From Candidatus Entotheonellaceae bacterium (GTDB taxonomy: Bacteria > Tectomicrobia > Entotheonellia > Entotheonellales > Entotheonellaceae), in assembly GCA_965238075.1 (NCBI GenBank), contig OZ250173.1:352001-416000 (forward strand): a stretch of DNA of 64,000 nucleotides. Reading direction: 5' to 3'. The notes beneath the pieces are model-generated. The model did not search any database. It saw only the letters and a program-made list of their open reading frames with translations, and was not told the origin of the DNA. Each line of letters starts with the position of its first letter. Positions within the stretch are counted from its first letter, which is position 1. Position numbers and translations under genes: made by a program. Below are positions 61,146 to 64,000 of the stretch, piece after piece.

Positions 61146-62744
61146 ATGACTATGTCCTGGGTCAAGACGGTACCGTGTTCCGAGCTGCAACGTCGTCCGG
61201 TCGCGTTTCAACATCCGCCGAAGCAGGTGGCCTTGTTCAGCGTCGCCGGGTCGGTTTACGCCGTGGACAACCGCTGCCCGCACGAGGGCTATCCCTTGGT
61301 CGAGGGCCACGTTGACGACGCCTGCACCCTCACCTGCAACTGGCACAACTGGAAGTTCCGCCTTAGCGATGGCCGCTGCATCCTCGGCGGCGACCATGTG
61401 CGGTCCTACGAGACGCGCGTTGAGGACGGCTACGTATGGCTCAACCTGGCCGACCCGCCTCCCGAGGTCGTGCAATCGGAGATTCTGGACAGCCTGCACG
61501 AGGCTTTCCGGAAGCAGGAATACGACCGCATCTGCCGGGAATTAAGCCGCCTGCACTTTCACGGCCTTGAGCCGCTGGTGGCGGTGCGCCAAGCGGTCGC
61601 GTGGTCGCACGACCGCTTGGAGTTCGGCTTTGTGCACGCCTATGCCGCCGCCGCCGATTGGCTGACCCTGGCACGGCAGTTCGCCGGAGAATGGGAACCG
61701 CAACTCATCTGCCTGGCGGAATCCATCGACCACATGGCACATACGGCCCTGCGGCACCCCGTCTACTCTTTTGACGACGCCCGGGAGCCGTTTACGACTC
61801 AGGGCTTCGCCGACGCGGTCGAGGCGGAAAATCCGCAGGCCGCCGAGGGGATGGTTCTGCAAGGCCTGGCCAACGGCCTGCACTGGCACGATATGCACGA
61901 GGCACTGGCCACCACCGCGCTGGCCCACTACAACGATTTCGGCCACTCGCTGATCTACGTCTACAAGGCATCCCAACTGATCGGGCACCTGGGCGTGGAG
62001 GTCGAACCCTTTCTGCTGCCCACCCTGGCGCGACATCTGTGCTACACCACACGGGAGGATCTGCTGCCCGATTTCCGGGACTACGCCGGTGCCCTGGCTG
62101 CCTTGCAATCCGGCGCCTGGGGGACATCCAAGGCTTGTGAGCCCCTGCCCTACCCAGCGACGACCAAACAAGCGCTGGCATGGGTGGTGCGAAACGCCGT
62201 CTCGCACACCCCGGAGGCGCTCTACCAGGCGCTCCTGGAGGTCCTGGCCCGTAACTTCCTCTGCTACGACGCCACCTACGATACGCAGTACCATCGGCCC
62301 GTGAGCGACAACGTCAGCTGGCTGAGCTTCACGCACGGCATCACCTTTGCCAACGCCGTGCGGGCGCAGTGCGCCGCCGTGCCGTCGCTGTGGGCACCCG
62401 GCCTGCTGCAGATGGCCTGCTTCGTAGGGCGCAACCGCCGCTATGTGGACCTGGAACTCGCACAAACGGAAGGGGAATGGGCCGTCGCGGATCCCGGCGG
62501 CTTCTTTGGAGAGGTTACTGAGTTGCTGCTGGACCACGGCCTGCGGGAGCCCATTTACGCCGCCCACGTCGTCAAGACGGCACGGGCCGTGCGAGAGGAA
62601 CTACCCGACGCCTCTGAGACGTGCCATTTCTACCTGCTTGCCAGCCTGAATCGCTTCCTCCACTCACCCATCAAGCAGAAGCACGCCCGCCGCCTTGCTC
62701 GCCAAGCCGTAGCACTGGTCGGGCGAGACTTTCAAGCACCGTAG
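61146..62744 (+). CDS. Rieske domain fused to a large His-bearing helical domain
   Basis: NRCPH...CNWH followed by about 430 aa with recurring His motifs. Confidence 0.8.
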   Translation: MTMSWVKTVPCSELQRRPVAFQHPPKQVALFSVAGSVYAVDNRCPHEGYPLVEGHVDDACTLTCNWHNWKFRLSDGRCILGGDHVRSYETRVEDGYVWLNLADPPPEVVQSEILDSLHEAFRKQEYDRICRELSRLHFHGLEPLVAVRQAVAWSHDRLEFGFVHAYAAAADWLTLARQFAGEWEPQLICLAESIDHMAHTALRHPVYSFDDAREPFTTQGFADAVEAENPQAAEGMVLQGLANGLHWHDMHEALATTALAHYNDFGHSLIYVYKASQLIGHLGVEVEPFLLPTLARHLCYTTREDLLPDFRDYAGALAALQSGAWGTSKACEPLPYPATTKQALAWVVRNAVSHTPEALYQALLEVLARNFLCYDATYDTQYHRPVSDNVSWLSFTHGITFANAVRAQCAAVPSLWAPGLLQMACFVGRNRRYVDLELAQTEGEWAVADPGGFFGEVTELLLDHGLREPIYAAHVVKTARAVREELPDASETCHFYLLASLNRFLHSPIKQKHARRLARQAVALVGRDFQAP

Positions 62745-62945
62745 AACACGGTATGACAGCCGGTCACCGACGAAATTTCCACTGCCACGCAATATTGTTA
62801 TTTATCCACCTACATTGTTGGGTGTACACTAGCCTGCATTCCGCCTGAGCGTTTATTCGCAGCATGTGCGCCGGCAAGCTCCCAAGCGCCCTTGTCGTGC
62901 GCTCCGCACCGGCACATGCGTCAACCTCACGAGAGGACGCAGTCG

Positions 62946-63215
62946 ATGGAAATTTTCGTCAGTAACATCCCGTTTACTACCACCGAGGACGACATCCGGC
63001 AACTTTTCGACGAATTTGGCACCGTGGAACGGGTCAGCGTCATTACAGATCGGGAAACCGGTCGCTCACGCGGCTTTGGCTTTGTGGGCATGCCGAACGA
63101 CGACGAGGCACGGGCCGCCATCGAGGCCCTGAATGGCATCGAGATCCAGGGCCGCACGTTGACCATCAACGAAGCTCGCCCGCGCGAACCGCGCTCGAAC
63201 CGCCGCGATTGGTAA
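62946..63215 (+). CDS. RRM RNA-binding protein
   Basis: IFVSNI, DRETGRSRGFGFV, NEARPR. Confidence 0.93.
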   Translation: MEIFVSNIPFTTTEDDIRQLFDEFGTVERVSVITDRETGRSRGFGFVGMPNDDEARAAIEALNGIEIQGRTLTINEARPREPRSNRRDW

Positions 63216-63263
63216 ACCGAACCGCGCACCCTACAACCTTCCTGAAGCAAGGTAGCATGACGA

Positions 63264-63950
63264 ATGCACGAGGACCCTTCTATCGTGATTTGGCCAAACT
63301 ACCAGGAATTCCGACGCTGGCTGGAAACGGAAGTTCACGGCCTCAGCGACGCTCAACTCAACTTCGACTCTCAAGACCCGGGGCGCGAATGGATGTGGTG
63401 GTCCATTCGCCGCCAGGTCAGCCACATCGCCTGGGTCTTCCTGGCGGTCATGCGACGCCGTTGCCACACCTTCCTGTGGCCCGACGGCAACATCCCAACG
63501 CCAATCCGCTGGGAGGACCACCATCTCGCCAACATGAAGTCCGATCGCCGCCTCGATGAAGAACAGCACTGGGAAATCGGGGATCTGCTGGACAAAGTGA
63601 GGATTGGTGTCGGCTGGGCCACGCAGGTCGTCAGCACGGTGCCGGTCGAAACCCTGCGCGCCACGCAGTCCGTGCACCGGGCCACGGCGTTCTGGAAGCA
63701 TGTCATCCAGGTGCTGCCGCGCGGCGCCAAGGTCGAGCCGGGTGACCCCGACCGCATTCGCTACACCTTGGAAGCCTCGCTGTGGATGTTGTACTGGGAG
63801 GTATTGACGCACCTGTTCACGATTCAGCGCCTCAAGCACGCTCAGGGCTTGGCGACTCGGGTGACCATTCCGCGGGTGGGTTATCTGACCTTGCAGGAAT
63901 ACACGGGGGAAACGGAGGAAGCCGCGCCGGGTTTCGTACCCCTCACCTGA
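63264..63950 (+). CDS. DinB-like protein
   Basis: GLSDAQL, WSIRRQVSHI, E..THL..I. Confidence 0.6.
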   Translation: MHEDPSIVIWPNYQEFRRWLETEVHGLSDAQLNFDSQDPGREWMWWSIRRQVSHIAWVFLAVMRRRCHTFLWPDGNIPTPIRWEDHHLANMKSDRRLDEEQHWEIGDLLDKVRIGVGWATQVVSTVPVETLRATQSVHRATAFWKHVIQVLPRGAKVEPGDPDRIRYTLEASLWMLYWEVLTHLFTIQRLKHAQGLATRVTIPRVGYLTLQEYTGETEEAAPGFVPLT

Positions 63951-64000
63951 TTTTCTGCTCCGCCGCCGCTGCCGTTCCAAGCGGTTTCATTTATCCCGGA

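Overview
GC-rich bacterial window with two parts. Core genes: ispH, class IV aminotransferase, fabH, metY, tRNA-Leu, sirC-like, smpB-ssrA, DUF1800/DUF1501, aceEF-lpdA, an Rdx-family selenoprotein missed by the ORF track, tRNA-Phe, two divergent PQQ dehydrogenases with a cytochrome c, two orphan TRAP binding proteins, metH and a Rieske cluster. A decayed accessory island of about 21 kb (about 6.0-27.4 kb) sits at the tmRNA 3' end. It holds phage-satellite-like remnants (primase switched off by a 22-bp tandem duplication, broken terminase, two ParB-like ORFs, broken higB) and nested mobile DNA. The nested DNA comprises two sister Tn3-family elements whose same res-like palindrome was hit independently by IS1182 and by a 152-bp MITE, stacked group II intron 3' ends inside a Tn3 terminal repeat, a transposase-less 38-bp-IR cassette carrying a two-component system, IS630, and an IR-bounded FimB-like recombinase mini-element. 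Family calls come from motif recognition by eye; no database search was run.
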